DNA from: Octopus sinensis
Lineage: Eukaryota
NCBI RefSeq assembly: GCF_006345805.1
Contig: NC_042998.1
Location: 65,224,001 to 65,288,000 of the forward strand
Reading direction: 5' to 3'
DNA: 64,000 nt
Made by a program: the position numbers and the translations under genes. How positions within the stretch are numbered: the stretch's first letter is position 1; the number at the start of each line of letters is the position of its first letter. Positions 11,172 through 24,923 of this stretch are shown piece after piece. Below the pieces are notes generated by a model. That model saw nothing but the letters and a program-made list of their open reading frames with translations. It was not told the DNA's origin and searched no databases.

Positions 11172-13801
11172 TATATATAGCACAGCCGAAGTCACAGGAC
11201 TGAAACAAGGAAAAAAGTATATAAATATAGGTAGATTGATACATAGATAAATAGAAAGGAAGGTATAATAGATAGATATATAAGCATATGTTTATATTCA
11301 ATTTGCTACGTTTTTACCCTGGCAGTCCTCACATGTCCATGTCGCAAGCTCAAATAGACAGTTTTAATGGAAATGGAATGCATACATCCATTAACTCACA
11401 GGAAGCAAATTTCCTTTATTCAAATTTATTTTCTGTATATTTCGTGGCCTGACTTAATATAATAATGCACTTTTATATGTCATTGCTCGCGAAATATTCA
11501 TAGCTCATGCTGTGTTTCGTTCTACTGAAATGTTTTCCATTCTATTTTCGTTATAATATATTTATTCTAATTTTTCCTTCATTATTTTCTATCATAATAT
11601 ATTTGCACTAAGATCGTATTAGAAATTTGAAACGCATCTTCTGCTTCAAGTATTGAAACTAATTGAAAATCCACTGTTTATTTCAAGTGCCTGTCATTGA
11701 ATTTGGAAGAAAATATATTAATATCCGTACTGGGATGCTTAAATATGCATGGAAAGGGGGAATAGGTTCAAATAAAAAAATATAATAAATCGAATCAACG
11801 TGAAAATAACATTAATTCACTTGGAATAAATCCGAGTTTAAAAATACGCATCTAATATTTGTTACCTTTTCATACATATTTCCAATATATATGACCATAG
11901 CGTCGATATACTAAAGATTTTTGTGCAGAATTTCATTCTCTCAAGTAAAATTATCAAAACAGAGTATAATGACACTACGCCATGACATAGCATAGAAGAC
12001 GATGAGTGACTTTTATCTGTAGTTTAAGAATGAAATGATTGTGGTATTAATTTCTAATCTCAAACTTAGATCGTATATTGGAATAAAGTATTGCAATGTA
12101 ATAAATCATCAGTTTAACAATTACAGATATTTAGAATTCACCCAAATTATCAAAATATTTATTGTAAAATCTCCTTAGACTTCAGATAAGTGGCAATGGG
12201 CTTTACAATATTTGTATTAATTGGAACTATGCTGAAGATTATCATTGTGCGTAAAGCGGTACCCAAACACTCACATTCATACTCTCCAGACACAGACACA
12301 CACACACACACGCACGCACACACACACATGCACATGCATTTACAATTTCTATCGAAAATTATCATATTTAATAAATTGTTTCGATTATTAAATTCCCAAT
12401 ATAGTTGTTCCCAACGTATAATATGATTTATGCGAAAAACAGCTTTTAGTTTAGACTCTGTAGATACTGCTTACTGATAAATCTTGAAATGAAATATAAT
12501 TATCACTAATACTTACTATTATAAATAATCATCAACGGCTCTGCTCCCAATGGCGCACAGCGTCGACTCATTTTACCGTTAATTATCCGTCTAACTCCAT
12601 TACAATATTTTGATGGCTATTCCAATGTAATTCTTATGTTACATCTGTGACGAGATTTCTTGCTTGCTTGTAGTCTGTGATGTGCTGGTCAGTGATGATA
12701 ACCCTGGAACGTCCGAGAGGCGGTTGTTGAAGTGGATGGCTCCCTCATCTTCATTTTAGGGGTTGTGCGGAATGTCGCTCGTTACGTGAATAATAACTGA
12801 ATAAAACTCAACAATATTTGAATGTGATGTTTCTTGTCGCACGTAATCTACTTGATGCCGGTTATTTACAGTGAAGAATGTTAATAATTGCCGACTGGGA
12901 GGAAGAATAACTGTTCTGTGGTGTAGAAAGATATCTGGAAGACATCATTGGCTGTATCTGATACCAGGATTTATACATGCAAAATTCCTTGGTGGTCCTT
13001 GGCGTCGGCGGTCTGTCATTTGCATAGAAATAATCTGTTGCTCTCAACATACCACAAGGAGTTAAACGACAAACTGATTTTTATAGGGAGAAAAAGGATA
13101 ATCTCGAGACCATTTTAAACAGCCATATCACGAAGGAGCTTAGCGTTAGTTGGTCGATTTATAGGTCAATACCGTTAAACGGTGGTGACTCACACGTGGT
13201 GGTTAATCGAGTATCTAGCGCTTAGGATTCGAATTACCACTACACACCCAAGGGACTTATTTAGACAGGTAGCTAATTGCGAAAGGAGTGATTATTCGAT
13301 CACTGTTTTCCAGAAGAGTATTAACGTATAATTTTCTATGTGATTGCACCCAGCATTCTTCGCAACTGACACTGAATGACTATCGCTTGCATTCAGTATA
13401 TGCGTGACTTTATACACATGGTTTATAGATACGTACGAATACCGTGATAAATTTGAGCTTTCCTGTATTTGCATTAATTATGATACACAAACACCCACAC
13501 ATACACACATGCGCATACACACACACAAATACACATACACATATACATAATAACGGAAGAAGAGTGTGATGCTTTATTATTAAAGCTGCCAAAAAAATCA
13601 CAAAAATCTGTTTCACGTTCTCGTTCGTCGGACAGTTTTGGTCAACTAAACTATCCGACGAATGGCAGCGTGAAAATCTCACGAATAAATTTTTACCATG
13701 ATTTAGTGGCTTTAATAATAAAGCATATTAGTATACCTCCGGTATTCAAGTACTGATTTCTCACATCTTGTTTGACATTTATGTGCTTATTCTGGTGTAT
13801 G

Positions 13802-13832
<31 letters not shown>

Positions 13833-14405
13833 TTATATTGAGCACTCATTCCCTTCGTTCGACATTTATGTATATATGTGTGCGTCTGTGCGTTTATGTT
13901 CGGGTGTGTATATATATATATATATGCAGCAGCCTCATCACTCTTGATGAAGACAACGTAGACTAAGTGTTGGTTCGAGTTCGAACGTAACCGTAGTGAC
14001 ATGTGCCTCTATTCTATCTTGTGTGTTCCTTGCGACGTCCGTCTTTTTCATAAACAACTGAGATACATATAAGGGGGGCACAAGTCTATTGATACACACT
14101 ATGAATTTTTTCCTGGCTATCATTTATATAAAGATTAGACACACTAGGTAGTGATGTATTAGTGTAAACAGCAGTTGCATTGTTATATATTATATACTGA
14201 GAATATATAACATGTCATTAGATGTTCTCAGTCGCCTGTTTGTCTGACACTTGTTATTTTGTATAATGCTTTATCACATAGGTATATTAACATTTTATGA
14301 ATTATTGAAACTCTTATGAGTTTTTCTGCATTATTGTAATGATATGAATATATAAACACTCACGTACAGACACAGAAACACGAACAAATATATAAATAAA
14401 TATAT

Positions 14406-14476
<71 letters not shown>

Positions 14477-15660
14477 CATTTTATAATTGCTGGAATAGTG
14501 TTTCATAACCATTATATCATTCTACTATGTGAAAGATGTAATTCCACATGGAGAAATATATTCTAATAAGAAAATATATGTTCTCTATTTACCATAATTT
14601 ATATAAACCGAAAACATCTCCTAAATCTGTTTATATTGATAAATCCACGGTATGATTGCTGCTGCGTTAGTTCATGACTACATTGAAAATTACATTGGAT
14701 ATTTATTTGTATACCATTATTTTCATATTACTCGAAACATATTTCGAAATATGCTTAACCTGTCGAGCATCTATTTGCAGGTATATTGTTTTCAGCTATC
14801 ATATCATGGAAAAAGCCCCAAATAATAGTTAATTCTGTGTACCAAGATCAACACTTCAGACCATCAAACACGTCTTCAATCGCTCAAATAAATCTCATTT
14901 TCGAGATAGAGATTTACACTTAATGTTATGAAATATTCTACAAACTGGAGCAGGTGTGGCAACTGCATGTAGTCATTTTGATACACCAAGTTGTGGTGGT
15001 AGTTCAAAAGTTGGATGTCAGGAGTTCAGTGTATAACACATTCATAACATGTTCGTGAGAACTATAACTGTTTGTTATTATAAGTATATATGTTTAGTTG
15101 GGGATGTTGCAATATAAAGAAAGCAGAACATGTACCGTACGGCAATATTTACGACATTCTTAATATTGTCTACCAAATCACCGCATTTTTAATAATTCAA
15201 TTTGTCACTTTATGGCTGAGGCTAGCGATTTTCCAAGAACGGAGTTGAACGACATTATTGATGCGCAAAATGTAACCGTTACTCAAGTGCCTATTTTTGT
15301 TCATTTAACACATACACATGCACACGTCTTCACATTGCTTTTCTTGTTATAATATATTAAATAAACTCACTTTCCGAGCAAAATACACTTATACGTACAA
15401 CTACACTCGCAAATGTGTATGCATCTGTACACACACGCATATATATGTATTGCAAATTATTGTAACGGGTAATTAGAGATATGATGATTTTCCTCTTGTA
15501 TGGAAAGAGGCATTTCATTAAATCGCCTCCCTACCGGTTCATGCATTTTAAGCAGTAATTCCGGAGTTACACTTAAATATGGTTGCAGTTAGACGCATCG
15601 AGTGTAATCTCTAATGCATTTTTCACATCTTGAATTTCAGTCTAACTTTTAGCGATTAGT

Positions 15661-16075
15661 CTATCGTGTTTCACATTTCATCCTCTTCACATTTTCGCAT
15701 TTCATCATGTTCATAAATATTAAATTGTTCTCCATTTCTTCTTTCGTGCTTGAGTGCTGATCCATCAGTTCCTCTGCTAACCTGAAGTTATTTAATTCAA
15801 TGCAAATCAGGTTGGGTGATATCAGGTACTGAAGTCGTGCTTGGTTTTCCTGTTTAGCTACTTTCCCAATTGTTATCAATTATTGGCGCTGGTCGGGCTA
15901 TAGCAGACCGGGCTATACTCGTTTTCGCAAAAGTTGGTTCCCACGAAATATTACGAGGGTCAGATCTTGTTATCGTTTTAATGCATTTCCCCCACAGTGC
16001 TTTGTCTTCTCTGCAGAGTTTAGGAAATCGTACTTTGCTCAGATATATTTCGATCTTCTACAATGAATCGGCATT
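15661..16075 (-). pseudogene. Probable decayed L1/Tx1-type LINE ORF2 fragment (pre-RT/RT start)
   Basis: KIEIYLSKVRFPKLCREDKAL resembles the L-x-L-P-K-L-S-E-E pre-RT segment; downstream RLAEELMDQ...ENNL resembles the RL...DQ...DNI part of RT. Stops and frameshifts present. Confidence 0.4.
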
Positions 16076-17574
16076 CTACGTGCCGTACACCTCAGTTGTA
16101 CTCTCTGTACAAAGGACAATAAAAAAGACACCTACAGCAAAATACTGATGATAATGGTGATGATGATGATGATACTGACAAAAAGACGACGATGACGATG
16201 ACGATGACGATAACAACAACAGCAACAATAATAATATTTTCAAGAACACGAATAAAAATACTGAGTGAATCGTTATACTTGAAGAGTAGCGAACAAAACG
16301 AAAAATCAATACAAGAGCTGACTGTTTTTCAGAAACTAATTCTTTAAAAACGAAAACATTTTTCTACTCAAATAATTTAGCTAATATGTTTTGGTGAGTG
16401 AACTGATGAATGACGATAAAATATTGAGATGTTTGCCGCAAAACATACCTAGAACCATGGCTGAAAATATATTTGTTTTCATCCCTGTCAAACTTGTAGG
16501 TTTTGTTTTGACGTAGCATTTCAGAACTAAATCTCAAAACACATCATTTGTTTTGAAATGTGTTATATATGTGAATAAATACCTTATTTAAAAAAAAATA
16601 GCAGCAAACACAAAATTGTTGTAGAATTAGATATTCTTTTCCTGATATATTTTCCTTCCAACACTTTGATCTTTTTTTTTCAAACACATTGCAGTTTCGC
16701 ATATGCTACAGTTCAATACATAATGCATATCCTTCACTTATAGCCAGGATGAAGTTCTATATTTGTACTTTTGTTATGAGGGCGATTGTTGATTTTACAT
16801 TCTTATCGAGCAGTTTACATTTTTTCTTTCAGGTGGATTGGCTGCCGCATATTTAGAGTAGCATACTTTTCACTGCATGAATATTAAAACATAACAAAGG
16901 AAGGAGATGTAAAAGAAATTTGCCTGCTGTCAAATGGAAGCAGTATACAGCTAATTTATTGAATCCTTCATAAATACTCATGGAATACCAGGAATTCAAA
17001 CGACATTACGGAAGGAACATAGAATTAATATTTCATTTTTTAACACTCTCCAAGTAATCGCTAAATGCTCAATGCAATATGTTTTTCATCGTCAACTCAC
17101 TTCTTTCTATACTCTTTAGTATTGGTTGCTAATGCTTCATAGACCATACTCCTGCACATATCTTTAGTACTTTTTTAAGGCTGCATAATCTACTCTTGTT
17201 TTATACTTTAGATTTCACGCTTCGTTTGTGTATTGAGTATTAGATCACGAACATCAGGAATTTAACATTAAAAAATTACGAAATTTTGCGATACTGGATG
17301 TAATTACAATTCAATACTATTCTATCCTGTCGAGACCAGAGTATTGAAGTAGATGGAAACGGATGCAATGATTAAATAAAAGTTTCTCATTAACCTTTTT
17401 AAAAAGAAAGGACATATACTTTATTATATTAAATACTACAATCGGCAACGCGATAGTTTGAGTAACAATTTTGTGATGTCTTTGGAGCTTTATCAATGAA
17501 GCATATTACTCAACCTCCATTACTATTTTTTCCGCCTTCTTTCCCATTTATGTGCTTACTCTGGCGAAAGGACA

Positions 17575-17715
17575 CATATGAATATTGGTTTCAAATATTA
17601 ATATCAGTCCAGTATTTTTGGGAAGGTGTGATTCGCTTACATATGTCCCGGTATTCAAATGGTACATAATTTATTGACCTGGAAAAAAAATTAAAATCAA
17701 ATCGACCTCGGCAAT
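17575..17715 (-). mobile_element. Degenerate SINE fragment
   Basis: Reverse complement resembles the gaggtcgatttg...gtacca...gggac body of the 8040/28698/40722 family. Confidence 0.5.
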
Positions 17716-17861
17716 TTAATTTTCTTTTTTTGTCCTTTGTCTGTATATCCCTTTATAAATATACTTGTATATGTGAGGGGTTCTGGATAGTTCTTTTACT
17801 GGGTTTAGAAAAACTGAAGGACCTTTGCCATAAGTGTCTGAATCGGAGACACGTATATGTT

Positions 17862-17917
17862 GAATAAAATTGTTTGTTTTTTTTGTACAAAGAATCTCAC
17901 ATTTTATATCTTAGTGT

Positions 17918-17977
<60 letters not shown>

Positions 17978-18443
17978 GTGTGTGTGTGTGTGTGTGTGTG
18001 TGTATTTGTGTGTATGTGTGTGTATAACATGTATACGCAGCAGCTTGTGACTTGAATTCATAGAAAAATTTCATTTTCACTTAAACGATTTTACTGAAGT
18101 AATTAAGTAAATATTTTTACATTGCTAGTGACAGCGGGCAGCGAACTGATCGGATGTGTTTTCTTGACATTGAGCGTACAGACGTTAAACGAGCGTCCGT
18201 TCCAGAGAATCAAGAGAACTTAGCCGTAAGTACTCGGTACTATACCATAGATGTTTTTCTCAAAGTTCGAATATTCCCGAATCGATATGATAAATGATCA
18301 CATTCGGTCATTTAATCAAATGTGTCTCCACTAATTTTCTAACCTTGGGCCTGTCTTACAAGCAATAATAACATTTATCTGATTCAGTCTCTATTTTGAT
18401 ATTTCTCATATATTTCATGCCAGTTTTTATCATTTAGCCTATT
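17862..18443 (+). repeat. Local tandem duplication, copy 1
   Basis: Colinear with 19079-19550 (e.g. acgcagcagcttgtgacttgaat, acagcgggcag, ttcggtcatttaatcaaa, cttacaagcaataata), with reciprocal indels. Confidence 0.9.
18146..18223 (+). pseudogene. Start-less paralog of the secreted-peptide-like exon (LIGCVFLTLSVQTLNERPFQRIKRT*)
   Basis: In-frame homology to 19276-19362; the ATG region is deleted; GTAAGT donor-like site at 18226. Confidence 0.45.
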
Positions 18444-19078
18444 CCAGTATTTCGTTTACACAAAGCCAGGAACTTTTTAGCACCACCTCGTATGTATATT
18501 TTAAATACAAAGTGCAAGTATTTTATTTTAATCATATATTTGCACCATTATCTCCCTCTATACCTATACATATGTGCGCGTAACGGGTCACCAGACCGTT
18601 TTCGTTCCCAAATTTTACTCTACAAGCTGACTCGGTGTTATAAGAGGAATAACATACTCAAATTGCCACATAGTAGGAGTGAAATGTTTTACCAAAAATT
18701 ATGACTCAGCGTCATATGATATGTATTAAAATGCCTAATTGAGAAAAGAACTCATCTCACATCGCTATATTTCTTGATAGAACAGACTCATAACATATAA
18801 TATTACTTAAGTAACTAAGTATTGATGGGATTTTATTTGTGTACCAATATTTGATCATAGCTAAAAACAGATATATAAATTATGGTGTTTGCATTTGGCA
18901 TTCAAGCAAAAACATTAATATATAATTGTTTGTAGTTCCTGATAAATTTGATATTTATGTTTATCACAAAAGCATTTTAAATTAGGCATATACTAACAGA
19001 GTGGATTGTATAGCATGTAAACTTATTCAATCTGCATGGTTTACTTTCGGCACAAAATACGAATTTTTTCAACCCACC

Positions 19079-19550
19079 GAATTGTTTTTTAAATTTGTTT
19101 TTGTACAAATACTCTCACTTTCATATGTTAGTGTAACATATATATATATATATAACATGTCTACGCAACAGCTTGTGACTTGAATACATAAAGAGAATTT
19201 TTACTTGCTTAAACTATTTTACAGCAGCAAATAGGTAAATAATTGAAAACTAATAACAGCGGGCAGTTAGGAGTAATGACATGGAAAGTCGCCGGAGTTC
19301 AATTGATCGGCTGTATTTTCGTGTCATTGAGCATAGAGGCTTTTAAACAGAGAGTCAAGTGAACCTAAATACTCTATAATATACCATAGTTGTTTTTCTC
19401 TAAGTTCGGTCATTTAATCAAAATGTGACTCCTCTAATTGTCTAGCCTTCTGCCCATCTTACAAGCAATAATAGCATTTATCTTATTCAGTCACTATTTT
19501 GATAATTCTCATATCTTTCATGCCAATTTTTACTATCATTTAGCTTATTG
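19079..19550 (+). repeat. Local tandem duplication, copy 2
   Basis: Colinear with 17862-18443. Confidence 0.9.
19276..19362 (+). pseudogene. Signal-peptide-like short ORF (MTWKVAGVQLIGCIFVSLSIEAFKQRVK*)
   Basis: ATG with purine at -3, basic N-region, hydrophobic core, small-residue cleavage-like site; TGA where the paralog has AGA (KR). Confidence 0.5.
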
Positions 19551-20537
19551 AATTTCGGAAGACTACACATGGATAGAGAGATGTTTTATTGTAATAACTG
19601 TTATGTATGTTCAATTCTAGAATGAGTCATTTATTTCAACGTACTTGATTAGAACTGCCGACGTTTGTATCAAAACGTTTGTACTGTAAATGGAGGGTGT
19701 CTGCAAACATCATCGTTCAGTCAATTGTGTCACATTTAATAACATTTTTATGAGACATAGTTATAGTGTCAGTGGAGGCATAATATTTGAGTACATTTTT
19801 TTTATACAATAACACAAAAACCTATTTGGAAGTATGTCACAAAATCATACTCTAATTTCAGTGCAATACCGATGCATGCAAGTACAAATTAGTGGTGCCT
19901 CCAGTTTCATGATTTTGGCGGTATTTTTATTAGGCAGCAGGATATGAAGTAACCAAGCTTTTCAATATCCTTATGGAATAGTAATAAAAAGAATATTGTA
20001 AACTATGTAGAAATGTATATATGCATATGCGTGTGCATACATACATATATGCATACATACGCACACACGCGCACACACACAAACACATATATATCGGGGC
20101 ATAGGCACATATATACTCTTAATATAAATGTTTATGTTTATCTGTCCATCTATCTATCTGTTTATTTCTCTATTTATCTATCTATCTATTTATCTGTCTA
20201 CCTATCTATCAATCTATCTATGTATATATGTATGTATACACACACACACGCACGCACACACCCCCCCCCACACACACATATATATATAATTATAAAATTA
20301 CCATTTAGGGTATCTGAGACACCACCGCGATGGAAATAGCAGCCAAAATTCGACTCTAAAGATTTGACTGCTATTTCCTGCGTGGGGGTTCTCTCTCAGA
20401 TAACTTAAATTATAATGTTAAATAATTATTCCCTTTGAAGAATTCTATTCCCATGCTTGTCACCTGAGAAGTTCGGAATTTAAATATCGATCTTATCCTG
20501 ATATATATATAGTTGTTTTCTACTCCTTATACAGAGT

Positions 20538-20890
20538 TTAGCCAGAACCATCATGGCGTCTGATGTGGTGACTTTTTATACAAAAGACACTCGCATAGCT
20601 TCCATATCCGGTTTGGACGACCAATATTTGCAGATAAAATCTGATCTTTGTAGATCTTAAAATGTCTTTTGAGGACTCCGTTTTATACGTTACACTGAAA
20701 GGCTTGCACTGACATATAGGCACTATAGCTGGTGGGGGTTCGTTTTCCGTAGGTTCGCAAATGGGATTTGAGCCCAGCAAATGAAAGACTGTATCTGTCA
20801 CAAACTGTACACATTGTGATTCACATTCTCGGTCGTAATATTCTTCTTTGAATAACTCCTGAGGTCTTGCATGCGTTATCCTGGCCTCTT
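20538..20890 (-). CDS. Candidate terminal exon of an unidentified protein (Cys/Pro-containing)
   Basis: About 115 open codons in non-repetitive, GC-elevated sequence (ECESQC...CEPTENEPPPAIVPICQCKP); weak acceptor candidates; no family recognised. Confidence 0.3.
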
Positions 20891-21259
20891 CAAACATACA
20901 CATATACATATATACGTACACACACACATCTTAAAATTTCCATGATCAATATAATCAGGCATTTAAAAAGTACAGCAACAAAGTTGAGTCAGGGAGAGTG
21001 CACCGGTGTACCGAAAATGTGTACTGGGATATCAGTACTTACTGAAGTAATTACGGATGTGTCCTTCCAGTTACGCATTCATACGCAAATACTGACAGAA
21101 TAAATAAAATGTTTTCAAAGGCTCAATTTAGTGCATTCGTTGCACGTACTCCACAGTCGCCTACAGGCTCCACATGCAAAGACATAGAAGGTTCCGAGAA
21201 GGTAAAGAATAAACAATAACACAATACATACTTCATACATACATACACACACACATATG

Positions 21260-21295
<36 letters not shown>

Positions 21296-22303
21296 ATATA
21301 TATAAACATACTCATAATACATATATGGACACACACACACATATATATGTGTGAGTGTGCATATATATATATATACATACTCATAATATACACATGGGCA
21401 TATATGTACATACATACATATATATACAGATATATATGCATGTATGAATATATATATATGCAGCAGGAGAATTAGAGAGTTAATGTGTATTATTAAAGCA
21501 AATATTTATTCGCAGCTAAAATATTTGCATTCTCATTATCGTTATTTTACGTTTCAGCTCTAATTGCTTATTTGAAATCCTGGGATAAAACAATAATTCT
21601 AATATTCATAAAACAATGTAACCACGGAAAAACTCGTAATATAACATTTTAAAATTGCCCGAGTTGTAAATCATATGTAAATACCCATTCATTACAAATA
21701 TTCAATGGCTAAATTATGCTACATAACATATCAATTTGTTCCGTTTCAAATATAATGATGATCTTTATCGACTATTATCATAGAACAATTCAGTTATATA
21801 ATTCAACTTTTATGTAATCTTAATTCTGATTTATTCCCCTGCTGTAAACATATAATTAGTTCAGGTCAATTATTCAGTTTAGTCTCTATTTCGTAAGAAA
21901 TTAATGTCTTTCAGTATTTAGAGTGTTATTAGTGTGTTATTCCGCATCGTGATTCAGACCACTACGAAATGTCGGTACATGGTTCCTACATTTCACTTCG
22001 ATGAACAAAATATCTAGCCATGCACCGTGATTCATTTAATGGAATACACGCAATGGTCAACAGAAATTAACTTCAAGACAGAATTTGGTCAACATGGATA
22101 TTTTAATAAGTTCAATGACTGATTGTATCTCTCGATTCACTCTATGCATTTGTTGAAAAGGAACTCTTAAATTTCTATTGCATCAAGTGACAACTTGAGT
22201 ACAATGCATTATATACGTATTTTATACGTATACATATATCCAACATATAGGTATATATATACATGCACATGCATATCAAAATTTAAATAGATGCATACAC
22301 ACA

Positions 22304-22362
<59 letters not shown>

Positions 22363-22366
<4 letters not shown>

Positions 22367-22895
22367 CTTTTCCAGAAAGTACGTGTCGATTTTTAAAGGA
22401 AAGAAGAAGGTCAATAAATACTTGCCATTAAATTTTTAATCAACCAAATATGAATCATTTTGTTGCACAATGCGTATCCATCTTTCCTTTAACTCGAAAG
22501 TACCCTCTTTCCAAGGTATCTTTTTACGTCACCCAGGGAATTGAAATTTTTACCATTAATACTTTTCTGCAGAGACCTGAATAAGTGGAAATCCGAAGGA
22601 GTAATATCTGGTGCATATGGAAGGTAGGAGTAACACATCCCAGCCGAGCTGCAGCAATTTTTGTCTGGTTCCCAAAGTATCAAATGCCGAAAATAAACGT
22701 TCTTATCTTCAATTTTAAAGGGTAACAGAATTAACGCAGGTTATAGGAACATAAACCTTCTTCCGCGAAAAGATAGCTTCAAATGTGCTCTAAATGGAGG
22801 TGTAGTAAAATCCTATTGTATGGATTCAACCATGTTCTAAAATGAGTCGAAATATAAGCTACTATAAATCGGCACGAAGTTTCCGGACAACCCAA
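22363..22895 (-). mobile_element. Internally deleted mariner transposon
   Basis: About 30-bp imperfect TIRs (ttggcttttccagaaagtacgtgtcgattt / reverse complement ttgggttgtccggaaacttcgtgccgattt), TA on both flanks, and the mariner motif LPYAPDITPSDFHLFRSLQ (cf. PYSPDLAPSD). Confidence 0.92.
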
Positions 22896-24878
22896 TACGT
22901 AAGCATGTGTGTGTGTGTGTGTGGTGTGTGTGTGTGTGTGCGTGTGTGTGTGTGTGTGTGCGTGTGTGTGGTATATGAAGAAGATCAGCGTTATACAGGA
23001 TATGTATAACCTGTATAACAGTGCCTTCGATCGTTATCATATACATCAGCAGACTGAAACTTAGAGTATTGTCGCTTCATGAAGTAAATCAATTATTAAA
23101 TAGTCTGATCAAGATTAGGAAATCATTTTAGCAATTTGTTTTGTTGTTTTTGTTGGTGTCGTTGATGCCTTTACTGTTACTGTAGTTGTTCCTGTTTGTC
23201 GGAGTATGTCTGCCGCTCATGTGTGTGTTTATGATGTTGGTGGTTGGGGTGTCACTAGAAGTACTGTCCTTTTTCGCTGTTGTTCTTCCTGTTGAAGAAC
23301 CCTTAACACAATTGTTGTTGTGCATTGTTAAGGACCTCCTATATTTATGACAGTGAGTCTCTGATTATTCCTGGAACAGATGAAACAATCCGTATTTTTG
23401 CAATCCGATGTTTTGTTCTCTGAATTAAAGTTGTGATACTAAACAGGTCGAAAGAAGAAATCTAAAAGCCACAGATTTCTTAGGGTAACAAAGGAAAAAT
23501 ATTGAATATCAACAACAAATTCCCATTCAAATTAAACACTGAATTCATTGAACAACATTTGCAAAATTATGTGCAGCGACACAGATTGTCACTCGCTTTA
23601 TGAATCACATGTTTCTAAACGTTATGCTATGCGAAATACATTTGGTAAGATCAAATAAAATGAAAATATCAAATCATAAAAATGGCATCTCTGATAGCAA
23701 ACTTGCAAAATGCCACTTCTATACCGAACACAATTATACACATTTTGTTTGTTTGATCAGATGAAATATCTTTGAAAGCAATAAAAGTGATTTGCAGGCA
23801 TTTTAGTATGTAAAATATAAATTGACATTTAATTACTTTCTCCTGTATGCTAAATGTTGCTTTATCATAACTATTGTTATATTCTAAACATTTTGCCATT
23901 TTACCAAATCAGCAACACACGACTAATGTTTCTTTTGTGAGTTTTTGATTTATTGTTTATATATCATTTTCTTGTAAATCTAATAAGATTCCTGTCAAAG
24001 TTGAATTACTCGTACATTTATATTCTGAAAGTAATCATTTTTACTGAAAGTGCTGCAGCTGTTGGTGATGCCACTACTGCTACTGGTGATGCTACCACTG
24101 CTGCTGCTGGTGATGTTGATGATGCCACATTCGTTGAATGTCTGCGATGATTATGCTGACAATCAGGTCGACAAATGTAACGATAATGATGATTTAGTTG
24201 GTTGCGATGATGACGATGATGACGATGATGACGAAGATAATGCTGATCGTGATGACCATGATAATTGAGACGATCATAATGGGGATGGTCATGATGAGAA
24301 AGACGAAGAGAAGAAGAACACGAAGGAAGAAGGTGGGGAGGGAGACGACGGCGACGACAAGTACAACAATAATGATTATATCGAAGATGATAGTAATGAA
24401 GATTAAGATAAGTGATGAAGATGATAAAATCGCAGCGATCATGACTACGACGACGGCTTTATGACTGTGGTTGAAATTGTTGCTCTCAGTACAGAGGAAT
24501 AGAGTAAGTTTTATGCTTCAACATGATATCAAATATGTAATAAGACAAGTAAATATACGTACAAAAGTAGTATGAATTAAATTGCTTCCGGTATGAAAAT
24601 ATCGTATTTTCACATAAAATCTATGGCCTTTTGAACGTAATTGTGTATATTTGCAGCAAACATTTCAAAAGAAGCCATTCGCTCATAAAGAAATCCCTAT
24701 TAATAAATAATATATTAGCAAAAGTAGAATGTTGAAAAATGGATATATTAAAACATTTTCATATTTTGTAGGAAATAATTTGTTTTCGGTATCATCTTCA
24801 AACATTCGAAGTATTTATATATGTTCATACTTAATGTTTATACTACTTAAATTATTTTGAAGTAAATCAGTTTTTCAT

Positions 24879-24910
<32 letters not shown>

Positions 24911-24923
24911 AATGCTTCTGTGT

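Noticed and set aside
12700-13050. Cadherin-like snippets (ANDRPP, VIIHVTSD, EDEG)
   Set aside because: Scattered over different frames, without the DxNDNxP/LDxE spacing of a cadherin repeat.
13944-13995. Another hammerhead-like motif (ttgatgaagac-caac/gttg...cgaacgta)
   Set aside because: The core and GAAA are both mutated, no stem I was found, and there is no second copy to support it.
21121-21201. 81-nt plus-strand exon candidate (AAG|GTAAAG donor), or piggyBac Cys-tail on the minus strand
   Set aside because: Weak acceptor, short length and an ambiguous strand; neither reading is supportable.
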